Virus record (IMG/VR): IMGVR_UViG_3300036851_000303
Span: 1 to 52,764 of that record
DNA from: a virus
Lineage: Duplodnaviria; Caudoviricetes
Direction: 5' to 3' (one strand)
Length of the DNA: 52,764 bases
Shown: positions 17,292 to 26,868 of the stretch, piece after piece
Layout of the letters: each line of letters opens with the position of its first letter
Position numbering within the stretch: position 1 is the stretch's first letter
The notes under the pieces: generated by a model
Databases searched by the model: none
What the model saw: the letters and a program-made list of their open reading frames with translations, nothing else
Told to the model about the DNA's origin: nothing
Program-made: the position numbers and the translations under genes

Positions 17292-17778
17292 GCCATACTA
17301 CGCGGTACGCGGGAGAGCTGAGGAACATACCGGGACTGACGGCATCTGCGTCGTAGCCGTCAGCGAACGGTTGTATACCGCCATGTCTCTGCCACCGAGT
17401 TAAGAACTCGGAACAAAACATTTTTTGGTTCTCGCGTCCTTGTAGTCTCGCTATAAAAAAGGCAGTCAAACCGAGCCAGTCGTACTCCTGCCCGTCGACC
17501 GTGTCGAACCACGCCATCGCTGATCCAAGGTTGAACGACGCGCACGGACGCACCACCGCGTACAGCCCCTCCAGTCGTAGAGGGTAGTTCGCGACTCCGA
17601 GTCCGTCGCGCGCCGCGACGCTCCGTCCCCCACCCACGTACCCCTCGCAGTGACTCACGACCGACCACGTCTTGATCTGAATGAGCCGCGACAGTACCCC
17701 ACGGCTACGGTAACAGAGCACGTCACCGGACCGGATCTTGACAATTTGATGTGGGGGGCTTGGTGGCCTGACTTGCAT
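17284..17778 (-). CDS. permuted papain-like NlpC/P60 (YiiX/YebB-like) amidase
   Basis: GDVL..SH..G..YDW..FCSE: His precedes the catalytic Cys. Confidence 0.8.
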   Translation of the reverse strand: MQVRPPSPPHQIVKIRSGDVLCYRSRGVLSRLIQIKTWSVVSHCEGYVGGGRSVAARDGLGVANYPLRLEGLYAVVRPCASFNLGSAMAWFDTVDGQEYDWLGLTAFFIARLQGRENQKMFCSEFLTRWQRHGGIQPFADGYDADAVSPGMFLSSPAYRVVWHV

Positions 17779-17801
17779 CCTAGCAAGTATCGTGCCAGAA
17801 T
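17773..17801 (+). promoter_or_regulatory. rightward sigma70 promoter overlapped by a reverse sigma54 consensus
   Basis: TTGCAT-17-CAGAAT on +; TGGCACG-ATAC-TTGCT on -. Confidence 0.55.
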
Positions 17802-17887
17802 CAGGACGTGAAGACAACGTCCCCAGGCGAGTACGGGCTCGCGGCGACGGCCTCAAAAACCGCCGCAAATCAACGGTAAGGGAAGAC

Positions 17888-18844
17888 ATGGCTAACGAGA
17901 ACCCTCAGGACGGCACCCCCGCCGCAGCTTCGTCCAGCGGCACACCGGCAGGCGCGACCACCGGAACCTCCCCACATCAGACTTCGACTGCGACCGGTAG
18001 CACATCTGGTGCCACCTCTGCAGTCGCCTCTGGTGGGCAGTCCGCAGCTCAGCAGACAACCGGACAGAGTGGGTCTACCTCTGCCGGAACTGCCGCCGCT
18101 GCCGGTACCGGCAAGCCTGACGAGGATCGGTCACAGTGGCATCCACCTCATGTAAATCGACGGCTGAGCAAGGAAAACGCTGAGCTGAAGCGCAAGTTCG
18201 AACAGGCGCAGCAGCAGCTCGCGGCCGTGACTGGCATTCAGCCACCGGCGGCTCCCCACTCCCCCCACCTTCCACCCGGCGTGACGCTGGAAATGGTCGA
18301 GGCGGCTCGTGCTGAGTTCGCCCTCGTCCATCCGCGCCTCGCGCGCCTCGCGGAACTCGACGACGAGAAGCTCGACCGACTGCTGAAGTTTGTCGACACC
18401 GGCATCACGTCGTTCGAGAGCAGCGAGGAAAACCAGTGGAAGCGGCACGGCGCGGCGGTGATGCGCTCGCTACAGTCGGAAGTCAAAACGCAGGTCGGCG
18501 AACTCACCGAGCGCGGGATGGGGAAACTCATCGCGACGTTCAACTCGCTCTTGCGGACTGACGACGACTTCTTCGAGCGGTACGCCAACGGCGACCCGCA
18601 GCTCGTCGTCGATTTCGTGAACGAATACAAAACCGACGTGCTCGACCCGTATCACACGAGTCGCGCGTCTGCCTCCACCACCACGGTCGCGCGTACTCGC
18701 ACCCTTCCTCGGGCTGGCGCGTCCTCGACCGTCGTTCCTGCGGGCGCTGCCGGTGAGCCGGCGCTCGACCCGAAGGATCCCGACGCCATCCACAAGCGCG
18801 CATTCCAGCGCATGGAGCAGCGGCGGAAGGCCGTGGCGGCCTAG
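17888..18844 (+). CDS. capsid scaffolding protein
   Basis: Low-complexity N-terminus and coiled coil; immediately upstream of the major capsid gene. Confidence 0.75.
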   Translation: MANENPQDGTPAAASSSGTPAGATTGTSPHQTSTATGSTSGATSAVASGGQSAAQQTTGQSGSTSAGTAAAAGTGKPDEDRSQWHPPHVNRRLSKENAELKRKFEQAQQQLAAVTGIQPPAAPHSPHLPPGVTLEMVEAARAEFALVHPRLARLAELDDEKLDRLLKFVDTGITSFESSEENQWKRHGAAVMRSLQSEVKTQVGELTERGMGKLIATFNSLLRTDDDFFERYANGDPQLVVDFVNEYKTDVLDPYHTSRASASTTTVARTRTLPRAGASSTVVPAGAAGEPALDPKDPDAIHKRAFQRMEQRRKAVAA

Positions 18845-18868
18845 CCCGAATCTGAGGTTTCTCCCCAA

Positions 18869-20182
18869 ATGGCAACTGGCACCAACACACAGGTATTCGA
18901 CGGCGCCCTGAAGGACGACTACGAAGATTTCGTCGCGGACGGCGTCAGCAACAAGAACAAGTTCAAGGAGATCTTCAAGGCGCAGCAGATCCCGCACGGA
19001 GGCCGCTCGAAGAAGTTCACGACCCACGTCGGCCGTAACGCGGGCGTCATGGCGTCTGGCGAAGACGGCGGGATCGCCGCGGCCGGCGCGCAGAAGTACG
19101 TCCAGTCGGAAGTGCGGACCAAGAAGGTCATGGGCCGCGTCCGCTACACCCAGGAGATCCTCGACGACTCGATGGGCGACGAGAACTCGTTCGTCGACGC
19201 GCGTAAGGACGAGATGAACCGGCTCATCGACGACTTCGCGCGGAAAGAGGAGCACTACTGGTGCTCGCTCCGCGGCATCCTCGCGTACCTCTCGGGCGAC
19301 CCGGGTACCGATGCGGACGAGGTCGAACTCGACAACCCCGGTGGGTTCACGCACGCGAGCTTCGGTAACCGGTTCGTGGCACGCGACATGTTCGTCGGCG
19401 CGGTCAACCCGTCCACGGGTGCGCTGCGTGCGGGCGTCGTGAAGGTCAGCTCGGTCAACTCGGATGGCACCGGGTTTACCCCTGACGCTTCGATCAACGC
19501 GGCTTGGGCCGACAACGACTACCTCGTGCAGTGTGCGACCTCCGCCACAACCGACGTGGGCGACTCCAGCTTCGAGCAGGCCCCTACGTCGATCCTCGAA
19601 CTCATCGACGACGGCACCTACAAGACGAACTACTTCAGCGTCGACCGCGATATCTACGAGACGCCGGTCAACGCGTACGTGAAGGCGACAACCGGCGCCC
19701 TCTCGTTCGACGTGCTCCAGCAGGCGAGTGACGTGGCCGATCAGCGGTTGGGCGGGCGCATCGACAAGCTCGTGATGCATCACAGCACCCGCCGGCTCTA
19801 CATCCAGCTCACGGAAGCGGATCGCCGGTACTCCACCAGCGGCTCGCTCCGCAAGCCGGACGGCGGCACCGCGGCGTTCCAGCAGGAAGAGGATCTGACG
19901 ATGGGGAACGTCCCGATCATCGCGATCCGCGACTTCCCGCTCGACGTCATCGTCGGACTTGACTCGGCCAATATGGGCGCGAAGCAGTACGTGTCCGAAA
20001 AGGGCCGCTGGGTCGACGACGACGGCAGCATTCTGGTCCGCGACGGCACGGGCAACTCCGCCAAGCACGCGTTCGAGGCGTGGTACTTCCGGCGTCACGA
20101 GAATTACGTGGCGTACCCCGCGAAGTGCATCCGTCTCGATGGCGTGACGGGTCAGTCGCTCGTGGTGGTTCGTAGCGAGTAG
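18869..20182 (+). CDS. major capsid protein
   Basis: 437 aa, strongly biased codons, position after scaffold, followed by a long hairpin. Confidence 0.85.
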   Translation: MATGTNTQVFDGALKDDYEDFVADGVSNKNKFKEIFKAQQIPHGGRSKKFTTHVGRNAGVMASGEDGGIAAAGAQKYVQSEVRTKKVMGRVRYTQEILDDSMGDENSFVDARKDEMNRLIDDFARKEEHYWCSLRGILAYLSGDPGTDADEVELDNPGGFTHASFGNRFVARDMFVGAVNPSTGALRAGVVKVSSVNSDGTGFTPDASINAAWADNDYLVQCATSATTDVGDSSFEQAPTSILELIDDGTYKTNYFSVDRDIYETPVNAYVKATTGALSFDVLQQASDVADQRLGGRIDKLVMHHSTRRLYIQLTEADRRYSTSGSLRKPDGGTAAFQQEEDLTMGNVPIIAIRDFPLDVIVGLDSANMGAKQYVSEKGRWVDDDGSILVRDGTGNSAKHAFEAWYFRRHENYVAYPAKCIRLDGVTGQSLVVVRSE

Positions 20183-20190
20183 TCAATCGG

Positions 20191-20226
20191 GTAACAGGGC
20201 CATGTTAATTAACACGGCCCTGTTAC
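20191..20226 (+). terminator. 36-bp near-perfect palindrome after the capsid gene
   Basis: GTAACAGGGCC-A-TGTTAATTAACA-C-GGCCCTGTTAC. Confidence 0.6.
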
Positions 20227-20257
20227 TTCAAAGGGCAGTAGAGGAGAGAGGAAATCA

Positions 20258-20713
20258 ATGGCACGCCGCACCGAAATCGTCACCGTCGTCAACCGCACCA
20301 GCGCACCGATCCAGTACATGTACGACGCCGCCGAGCACATCCTGCAGCCTGGCGAGAACGCGATTCCCGTACAGCATGTCAGGTTCGCGCGGACGCAGAA
20401 CATCGTCATGGGGAGCGAGAATCCCCTCAACCCCGCGCAGTACGTGTCGCTGATCGGCGTCAAGGCTGCGCCCGGCAAGAAGCAGATCGACGATATCACC
20501 AAGATCGAGTTCGTGGTCGACGACAAGCGGCGCATCCACGCGATGTTCGAGGACGGTACCACCATGCCGGTCGGCATCGAGCGGATCGACCGCAGCCGTC
20601 TTGGGCAGGAACTCCAGAATGTCGTGATCGAGCGGAACCGGATCCCGCTGCGGTCCTTCGAGGTCGAGCGCACGTCGCTCCACGACTCCGCGGCCGGCGC
20701 GATCGGCGGGTAA
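20258..20713 (+). CDS. hypothetical (morphogenesis region)
   Basis: GAGG RBS, operon packing. Confidence 0.75.
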   Translation: MARRTEIVTVVNRTSAPIQYMYDAAEHILQPGENAIPVQHVRFARTQNIVMGSENPLNPAQYVSLIGVKAAPGKKQIDDITKIEFVVDDKRRIHAMFEDGTTMPVGIERIDRSRLGQELQNVVIERNRIPLRSFEVERTSLHDSAAGAIGG

Positions 20714-21372
20714 TGGGCGTCGCTCTGGCCGCGATCCCCGCGAACTGGCTCTGCGAGCCAGGGCGGAATCCGTTCAATCTCCAGCCGCCACCGGAGACGT
20801 TTCGGCGGGAACTCGCAGCGTACGACCCCGACATCGTCATCTTCCCGTCCGCCCAGCGGTTCGGGTACTGGCTCACGCGGCGTCGGAGGCTCACCAAGGG
20901 CATCCAGACGGTCCTGAATCTCACGAAGGACTCCGCGGTCATGGCGCGGAACGACCTGATCCCGGTCACGCTGTTCGGCGGACACATCACCTGGGGCGCG
21001 AACGTCCTTCAGTGGCTTGCTGACCGCGACGTGTGGCGGCACGGTGGTGCGGATCGCGCTGCCGACATCGCTGACGAGCAGGACAAGCAGGCGGACGCTG
21101 CCTATAACCGCTGGCGCGACGGCGAGAACACGGCCCGCGCCAAGAGTATGTATCGCACCTACAAGAGGCGCGTTGGCGAGTCCATCGTTGTTGGCGACAC
21201 CGCCCGCGGCTATACCCCGATCAAGCGTGGCGCACGTACCGAATCCGACGTACGCCGCGATCTCACTCTCAGTACGGGCTCGGCGCCCGTGCCCCCGACT
21301 GCTCCGTCTGTCGTCCTCCCCGGTGGGTGGGGACAGACCGCCTCGGGCCTCGTCACCCCGCCGACTACCTAA
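20713..21372 (+). CDS. hypothetical (morphogenesis region)
   Basis: TAATG overlap. Confidence 0.75.
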   Translation: MGVALAAIPANWLCEPGRNPFNLQPPPETFRRELAAYDPDIVIFPSAQRFGYWLTRRRRLTKGIQTVLNLTKDSAVMARNDLIPVTLFGGHITWGANVLQWLADRDVWRHGGADRAADIADEQDKQADAAYNRWRDGENTARAKSMYRTYKRRVGESIVVGDTARGYTPIKRGARTESDVRRDLTLSTGSAPVPPTAPSVVLPGGWGQTASGLVTPPTT

Positions 21373-21385
21373 CAAGGATCAGTAA

Positions 21386-21856
21386 ATGGCTATTTCTGTT
21401 GAAGGCATCCACCTTGCGAAGCGCAAGGTATTCAACTACCTCTCCAGTAGCACGAGGGGCAATCCCTTCGTCCACGAGCAGATGCGGGCGGTGTTCTCGT
21501 ACTTGGCGCAGCACGGCGTCAACCCGGATCTGCAGTTTGTTCCGTACGCGGATCTTTCTGCCGACACGGTGATCGCCGACGCCGCGTGCAAGATCTACGC
21601 GATATTCGGCAAGAAACGGAACACTGCCACCGACGCGTTCTTCAAGGGGAACGATTCGGCGACGGTGACATCGGGAACCGACGACGACATCAACCTGTCG
21701 TTTCTCATTGCGAACCAAGTGCAAGTCTGGATCGATCCGGCCGGATGGGCGATGGCGAATGGCTTCACCATCGCTAGCGACACGGCCGCGAACGGCACCA
21801 CGAGCACGACGGCGGGCGACGGGCCTGACGGGTTCGTGCTACTCGGCAACCCGTAA
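21386..21856 (+). CDS. putative virion structural/decoration protein
   Basis: Thr/Ala/Gly-rich beta-type sequence, AAGGA RBS. Confidence 0.65.
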   Translation: MAISVEGIHLAKRKVFNYLSSSTRGNPFVHEQMRAVFSYLAQHGVNPDLQFVPYADLSADTVIADAACKIYAIFGKKRNTATDAFFKGNDSATVTSGTDDDINLSFLIANQVQVWIDPAGWAMANGFTIASDTAANGTTSTTAGDGPDGFVLLGNP

Positions 21857-21865
21857 TCGCTGTGG

Positions 21866-21895
21866 GTGTGGGGAGGGTAGATACCTCCCCACATC
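21866..21895. promoter_or_regulatory. hairpin built from two inverted motif-1 variants
   Basis: GTGTGGGGAGG-GTAGATA-CCTCCCCACATC, intergenic. Confidence 0.6.
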
Positions 21896-21958
21896 TCGTT
21901 TCGTAACTTGCGGGTCGAGCCGAGGCCGTACCCGCCCTTTTGTGAAGGATTTACCTCG

Positions 21959-22582
21959 ATGCCTGCTGGTAATGTTGTTCGCTCCTCTTCATTGATCGGC
22001 CCTGCCGGTCGCCCCAACGCCAACTCTGTTCGTGTCGATGGCGATACGGACACCTTCAAGTTCGGAACCGGTGCGTCCGGTACGACTGAGAAGGAAGCCG
22101 CGGATCTCACGTCCACACAGACCGTCTCGGGTAAGACGCTGACGAACCCCGTCATCAACAGTGCGATGGTCGCGGGCGGCTCCACACTTACCCTGACTGC
22201 CGCCTCGCACGACGGCAAAACTATCGCGCTCGACACTGCCGCTGGCACGACGATCACGCTCCCGGCGGCCTCGGGTTCCGGCGCGCGGTTCCGCTTCGTC
22301 GTGACCGTCGCCGCGACCTCAAACCAGCACCGGATCAACGTCGTCGGCAATGACGCCTTCTTCGGCAACATCTTCGGTGCCCAGGATGGCGGCGTGACCG
22401 TTGAGGCATGGGAGGCTGCGGCAGACGCGGACCAGATCAACCTGAATGGCACCACGACCGGTGGCCTCAAGGGCGACTGGATCGAACTCGAAGACATGGT
22501 CGCCGATGGCTGGTCGGTGCGTGGACTGATTGCGCAGACCGGTGTGCAGGCGACGCCGTTCTCGACGGGCCAGGTTAGCTAA
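21959..22582 (+). CDS. putative head fibre/decoration protein
   Basis: TQTVSGKTLTNP and ITLPAASGSG fibre-type motifs. Confidence 0.65.
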   Translation: MPAGNVVRSSSLIGPAGRPNANSVRVDGDTDTFKFGTGASGTTEKEAADLTSTQTVSGKTLTNPVINSAMVAGGSTLTLTAASHDGKTIALDTAAGTTITLPAASGSGARFRFVVTVAATSNQHRINVVGNDAFFGNIFGAQDGGVTVEAWEAAADADQINLNGTTTGGLKGDWIELEDMVADGWSVRGLIAQTGVQATPFSTGQVS

Positions 22583-22584
22583 TC

Positions 22585-22968
22585 ATGAGTGAAGGCTATC
22601 TGCGCCAGCGCCGTTTCTACGAAGATCGCAGCAAGGATTCGTTCCTTGCTGCGACCGATACCGGCAAGGCCGATATCGCGACCGTCCGCAACGCGAGCCA
22701 CACGCTGTACATCCAGCGGATTGTCTACGTCCCGAGTACCGTCAGCGCGACGGCGCTCACGATTCAGGATGATGCTGGTACGCCACTCGTGATTGGCTTG
22801 ATCCCCGCGTCCCAGGCCACGCCGTACGTGATCGAGTTCGGTCCCACTGGTCGCGCGTTGACCGAGGGCAAGAACCTAGACATCACTGCGGCCGGTGCTG
22901 GGCCGGCGGGGACGATTCACGTCGAGGCGTACAACAAGCTCACTGCTGCGGCTGTCACGGCTCCGTAA
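22585..22968 (+). CDS. putative virion protein
   Basis: Beta-rich, operon packing. Confidence 0.6.
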   Translation: MSEGYLRQRRFYEDRSKDSFLAATDTGKADIATVRNASHTLYIQRIVYVPSTVSATALTIQDDAGTPLVIGLIPASQATPYVIEFGPTGRALTEGKNLDITAAGAGPAGTIHVEAYNKLTAAAVTAP

Positions 22969-22977
22969 GGCTGCCGC

Positions 22978-23280
22978 ATGGGCGTTGTGCGTTCTGTCGC
23001 GAGGTCGGCGACCACGATCGACACAGTCTCGTGGACGGCGATTACTGCGCCGATCCACGGCAACCGTGTCGTACTGACGCCGCGGGCGGGTACCGCAGCA
23101 GTGAAGTTCCGCACTAACGACGGGAGTGCGGCAACTGAGTTCACCGTGAATGCAGGGATCCAAAAGATGTACGACATGCCGTCGAGTGACGGGCGTCCGT
23201 TCGGGTTCACGTCGGACGAGACGGTGATTTACGCCCAGGCGGTTAGCGGGACCGGCCCGGTAGATGCGGATTGGAGTTAG
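22978..23280 (+). CDS. putative virion protein
   Basis: Beta-rich, operon packing. Confidence 0.6.
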   Translation: MGVVRSVARSATTIDTVSWTAITAPIHGNRVVLTPRAGTAAVKFRTNDGSAATEFTVNAGIQKMYDMPSSDGRPFGFTSDETVIYAQAVSGTGPVDADWS

Positions 23281-25843
23281 ACCGGTGTTTGTGCGAATTA
23301 CAGGTGCATCAGAACTAGTCCCGACCGTGCGAGCCGCGCTCGCGAGTGTCGGGGTAACGGTCGTACCTGACCGGTTGGCGCGACTCGCGCAATACACGGT
23401 GGACATCAACGATACCGACGATGCCGTCATCGTGTTCGATTCGGTCGATAGCCCTCGGGAGCGGCAGATCCTTGCGACGATTCGCGGGCTGGCGGGCGCA
23501 GTACGAATCTGGGACGAAGGGGGGAACCGTGACACCGATACGCTCAAACTGTTGGTCCCGAGGACCGCGAAAGCATCGGAGGCAGTCGTGAAAGGGCTCG
23601 TGCGTTCGTTGCAATCCCCACCGCGCCGTTGGAAGAAGGCGCTCGGTATTACCGCGCTTGTGGGCACGCTTTTACTGCTGGCCGCGAGCGCATTTGCCCA
23701 GACGAGTGAAGTCACGATCGTGCAAGGCAGCAACACCGCGACCGTGAAGGACACTGGATCGAGTGATTCGCTGTCGGTCGCCGTCGTAGACGCAAGCGGG
23801 AACCAAATTACGAGCTTCGGCGGTGGGACGACTGACGCCGACGACGGGTCGATCGCGGGCGGGCAAACGGTCGGGCTCAGCGCAGCACTGGCAAATGTCT
23901 GGAGCGGGGCCGCGTGGGTGCGGCTCACGCAGGGTCAGGCAACTATGGCGGCATCGCTGCCAGTCGTGATAGCCAGTAATCAGTCGTCGCTCTCGGTGTC
24001 ACAGGGGAGCGAGTGGTCCGTGTGGGCGGCCAGCAATGTCTTGCACGGCGAGCCCGATGCTGATGGCCCAATAAAGATCGGCGGACTTGCAAGTGCGGCA
24101 GTGCCAACCGCTGTGGACAATGGGGATCGAGTGAATGCCTGGTTCGCGCTGAATGGGCAGCAAGCAACGATGTTAGCAACATCAGACGGCAATTTGATTG
24201 ACAACGCGACAGGAACAGCGAGCGCGACAGCGAGAGGCTTACTAATCCGCGGACACCAAGCAGCAATTACGGCAGTGACAGGTACACTGACGGTAGGTGG
24301 CGCTGCGCTCACGGCATCGAACCTTACAGGGATGGGAAGCGTTGTCGTGTCGTTGATAGCTGATAACGCCAGTGACAGCGTTGAATTTCAAGTCTCAGTC
24401 GATGCGGGGGCCAACTGGAGCGAGACGGCGTGTTTTGAAATGGCTCGTGGCGGTGTGTCACAAGTAGTGTTAGGCACGATATCGACTGAGGCAGCCGTGC
24501 CGGATACAGCCAGAGCGATTTGGAGTTGCAGCTTAGAAGGAGGCATCACTGATTTTCGGGTGGTGGATTTGACTGGCGTCGGAGTAATCACAGTAAGAAT
24601 TCATCCCGCCGCGGAACCGGCCGTGCGGTTCGTAGGTGTCGCTGGCACGACATATAACGATGTGCCAGACGTAGGGCCGCCCGTCAAAATCGGTGGTCGA
24701 GCCTCTTCGACCGCTCCGACAGCCGTCGCGACTGGCGATCGCGTGAACGCATGGTTCGGGCTCAATGGTCAATTGTTCAATCGACAGACCGATGGGACGA
24801 ATTTCATGCCGATGATGGACGCAGCAGCACGTCGCGGGTTCATGCAACCATCGGATGGAACTGACAATGCACAGGTAACAGCGACAGCAGGAGGCTCACT
24901 CCAAGTGGAATGTGCGGCTGGCTGTGGCGGCGCGGCAACATTCGTCGATGGTGGCGCTGGTTTTACGCAAGAGAGCAGCAGCGTGAATGCGCCCGCGGGA
25001 TTTATTTTCGATGATGCGATCGGAACAACGCTTACTGAAAATGACATCGCCGCGGCACGAATCACGGCGGCGCGCGCGCAAGTCATGCGTGTCGAGGGAG
25101 CGACGCGCGGCACTTACGCAACACTCACGGGCACATCGGTAGACGTGAACTGCACAGGCGGGTGTGGGTCACCGGCTGCCAGCAACCTCGTCACAATTCA
25201 ATTACCTGTCGAGAGCGTGGCCGCGCCCACCGCGGCGGTCTGGTATCTCAAACGGCAGTGGACGGTTCCGGGGGCTTCTGGCATCTTCATCCCGACGCGG
25301 GCATGGGCCGCAGCTGCGACGGCGGGCACGGAAACGCTAATCGGCGGCGCGTTGAGCATGGGCTCGTTCAACGTCTCGACCAACGCGTTCACCGATGGTA
25401 GTTCCGTTGCTGCCCCTCGGTCGTTCGGCCGCCTGATCGGATGCGTAACGACAGTGATGTCGGCAACGGCCACGACCATCACGGTGACCTACACCGACGA
25501 CCAGGGCAATACAGGCAACACGACGACAGGCGTGGCGTTCGCGGCCTCGTCTCCGGTCGGCAACTGCTACGACTTCCCGCTGGCGACGACGACCGGGCAG
25601 ATGCGAGACAACGGCGTGCGCGATGTGACAGCGGTCAGCGACACCGCGGCGCCAACCGGCGTCGTGGAACTCTTCGGCTTCAATACGACCCTTGACGCCC
25701 GCGCGCCGACAGCGAACGTCATCGAATGGTCAACGTCGGACATCGGGCAGATTGCGAACCCAGAGCAGATGATGATCTTGTTCAAGCAGGCGGCAACGAC
25801 GGCACAGAACCGACATGCGGGATTTACCGGCGCTGTCCGGTAG
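23264..25843 (+). CDS. large fibre/spike-like protein with internal signal-peptide-like segment
   Basis: 859 aa, Ala/Thr/Gly-rich, duplicated KIGG..PTAV..GDRVNAWF.LNGQ module. Confidence 0.7.
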   Translation: MRIGVRPVFVRITGASELVPTVRAALASVGVTVVPDRLARLAQYTVDINDTDDAVIVFDSVDSPRERQILATIRGLAGAVRIWDEGGNRDTDTLKLLVPRTAKASEAVVKGLVRSLQSPPRRWKKALGITALVGTLLLLAASAFAQTSEVTIVQGSNTATVKDTGSSDSLSVAVVDASGNQITSFGGGTTDADDGSIAGGQTVGLSAALANVWSGAAWVRLTQGQATMAASLPVVIASNQSSLSVSQGSEWSVWAASNVLHGEPDADGPIKIGGLASAAVPTAVDNGDRVNAWFALNGQQATMLATSDGNLIDNATGTASATARGLLIRGHQAAITAVTGTLTVGGAALTASNLTGMGSVVVSLIADNASDSVEFQVSVDAGANWSETACFEMARGGVSQVVLGTISTEAAVPDTARAIWSCSLEGGITDFRVVDLTGVGVITVRIHPAAEPAVRFVGVAGTTYNDVPDVGPPVKIGGRASSTAPTAVATGDRVNAWFGLNGQLFNRQTDGTNFMPMMDAAARRGFMQPSDGTDNAQVTATAGGSLQVECAAGCGGAATFVDGGAGFTQESSSVNAPAGFIFDDAIGTTLTENDIAAARITAARAQVMRVEGATRGTYATLTGTSVDVNCTGGCGSPAASNLVTIQLPVESVAAPTAAVWYLKRQWTVPGASGIFIPTRAWAAAATAGTETLIGGALSMGSFNVSTNAFTDGSSVAAPRSFGRLIGCVTTVMSATATTITVTYTDDQGNTGNTTTGVAFAASSPVGNCYDFPLATTTGQMRDNGVRDVTAVSDTAAPTGVVELFGFNTTLDARAPTANVIEWSTSDIGQIANPEQMMILFKQAATTAQNRHAGFTGAVR

Positions 25844-25853
25844 GGGGTGACAC

Positions 25854-26105
25854 ATGCGTGCACGATGCACTTGGGCTGAGTTCCTAAATCTGATGGATAC
25901 GTTGAGCATGGTGGGGGCCGTCATCATTTATTCTGTCGCGCAGAATGCGGATGGGCAAGATGTCATCGCGGCAGTGATTGTAAAAACGACCAAGCTGGGC
26001 TCAACCTCTATCGTGCTGGATGGCGAGGTGCCGGAGAATGAGTTTCTGGCCGCGTCCCTCCTCACAGCAGCCAGCAAAGTCAAGGTCACAGAAGTCGTCA
26101 GTTAG
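25854..26105 (+). CDS. hypothetical (possible fibre chaperone)
   Basis: AGGGGG RBS, follows the fibre gene. Confidence 0.55.
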   Translation: MRARCTWAEFLNLMDTLSMVGAVIIYSVAQNADGQDVIAAVIVKTTKLGSTSIVLDGEVPENEFLAASLLTAASKVKVTEVVS

Positions 26106-26133
26106 CGGACTAGCGGACTAGGCACGTAGATAG

Positions 26134-26841
26134 ATGGCGACCCTGATCTCCACGAATATCACGAATGCGCGGAAGCATCTCCGCGAGACGACCGCGAGTT
26201 TCTGGTCGGACGCGGAGCTGCTTGTTCACGCGCTCTCGGGGTGCAGTGACGCGTGGCGGCGGGTGGTGGATCTCCATCAGGAGCATTTCCTCACCATCGA
26301 CATCACGAACGTGACGATGGCGGCGGATACCGCGACCCTGAGTGGCATCCCGTCCAACTGCTTCCGCGTCGTCAGCATTGAGGCACGCGACCTGACCTCG
26401 TCAAGCGCGAATCTCGGGCTGGAGTTCTCGCCGCGGGACTGGAACCACCCGGATATGGCGAACGCGCGTCGGCACGCCAACATCGACCCCAAGGGGCAGA
26501 CGGTGTACTACACCGTGATCGGGCAGGGGCCGCCAGTCGGGACGCTGACGGTGCGCGTGGCCCCGAAGGTGACGTCGGCTGTGAATCTGACGCTCGCGTT
26601 CATTCCGACGCACGGCGCTGATAGCTCCGACGACAACAACCCGATCCCGGGCGAATCAGACTTGGCGCTTGAAGCGTGGATCGTTGCCCACGCCCGCGCG
26701 AAGGAGCGGAAGGACGGGAGCCCCGATCCTGAGTTCATGGCGATCTACGAGTCGCAGATGGCGAAGATCCTGACCGCACTGACGCCGCGTCAAGAGCAGG
26801 AACTCGAAACCGTTGAGGGGATGTTCGAGGGGTACTTCTAA
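26134..26841 (+). CDS. head-tail adaptor protein
   Basis: Helical N-terminus (FWSDAEL), beta core and helical C-terminus; size and position typical of podovirus adaptors. Confidence 0.65.
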   Translation: MATLISTNITNARKHLRETTASFWSDAELLVHALSGCSDAWRRVVDLHQEHFLTIDITNVTMAADTATLSGIPSNCFRVVSIEARDLTSSSANLGLEFSPRDWNHPDMANARRHANIDPKGQTVYYTVIGQGPPVGTLTVRVAPKVTSAVNLTLAFIPTHGADSSDDNNPIPGESDLALEAWIVAHARAKERKDGSPDPEFMAIYESQMAKILTALTPRQEQELETVEGMFEGYF

Positions 26842-26868
26842 ACGGCGGATCAATCTCCCCACATCACA

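Noticed and set aside
26103-26121. TAGCGGAC tandem duplication, and GGGA(T/C)C repeats at 50436-50463
   Set aside because: Too short and too few to support a function.
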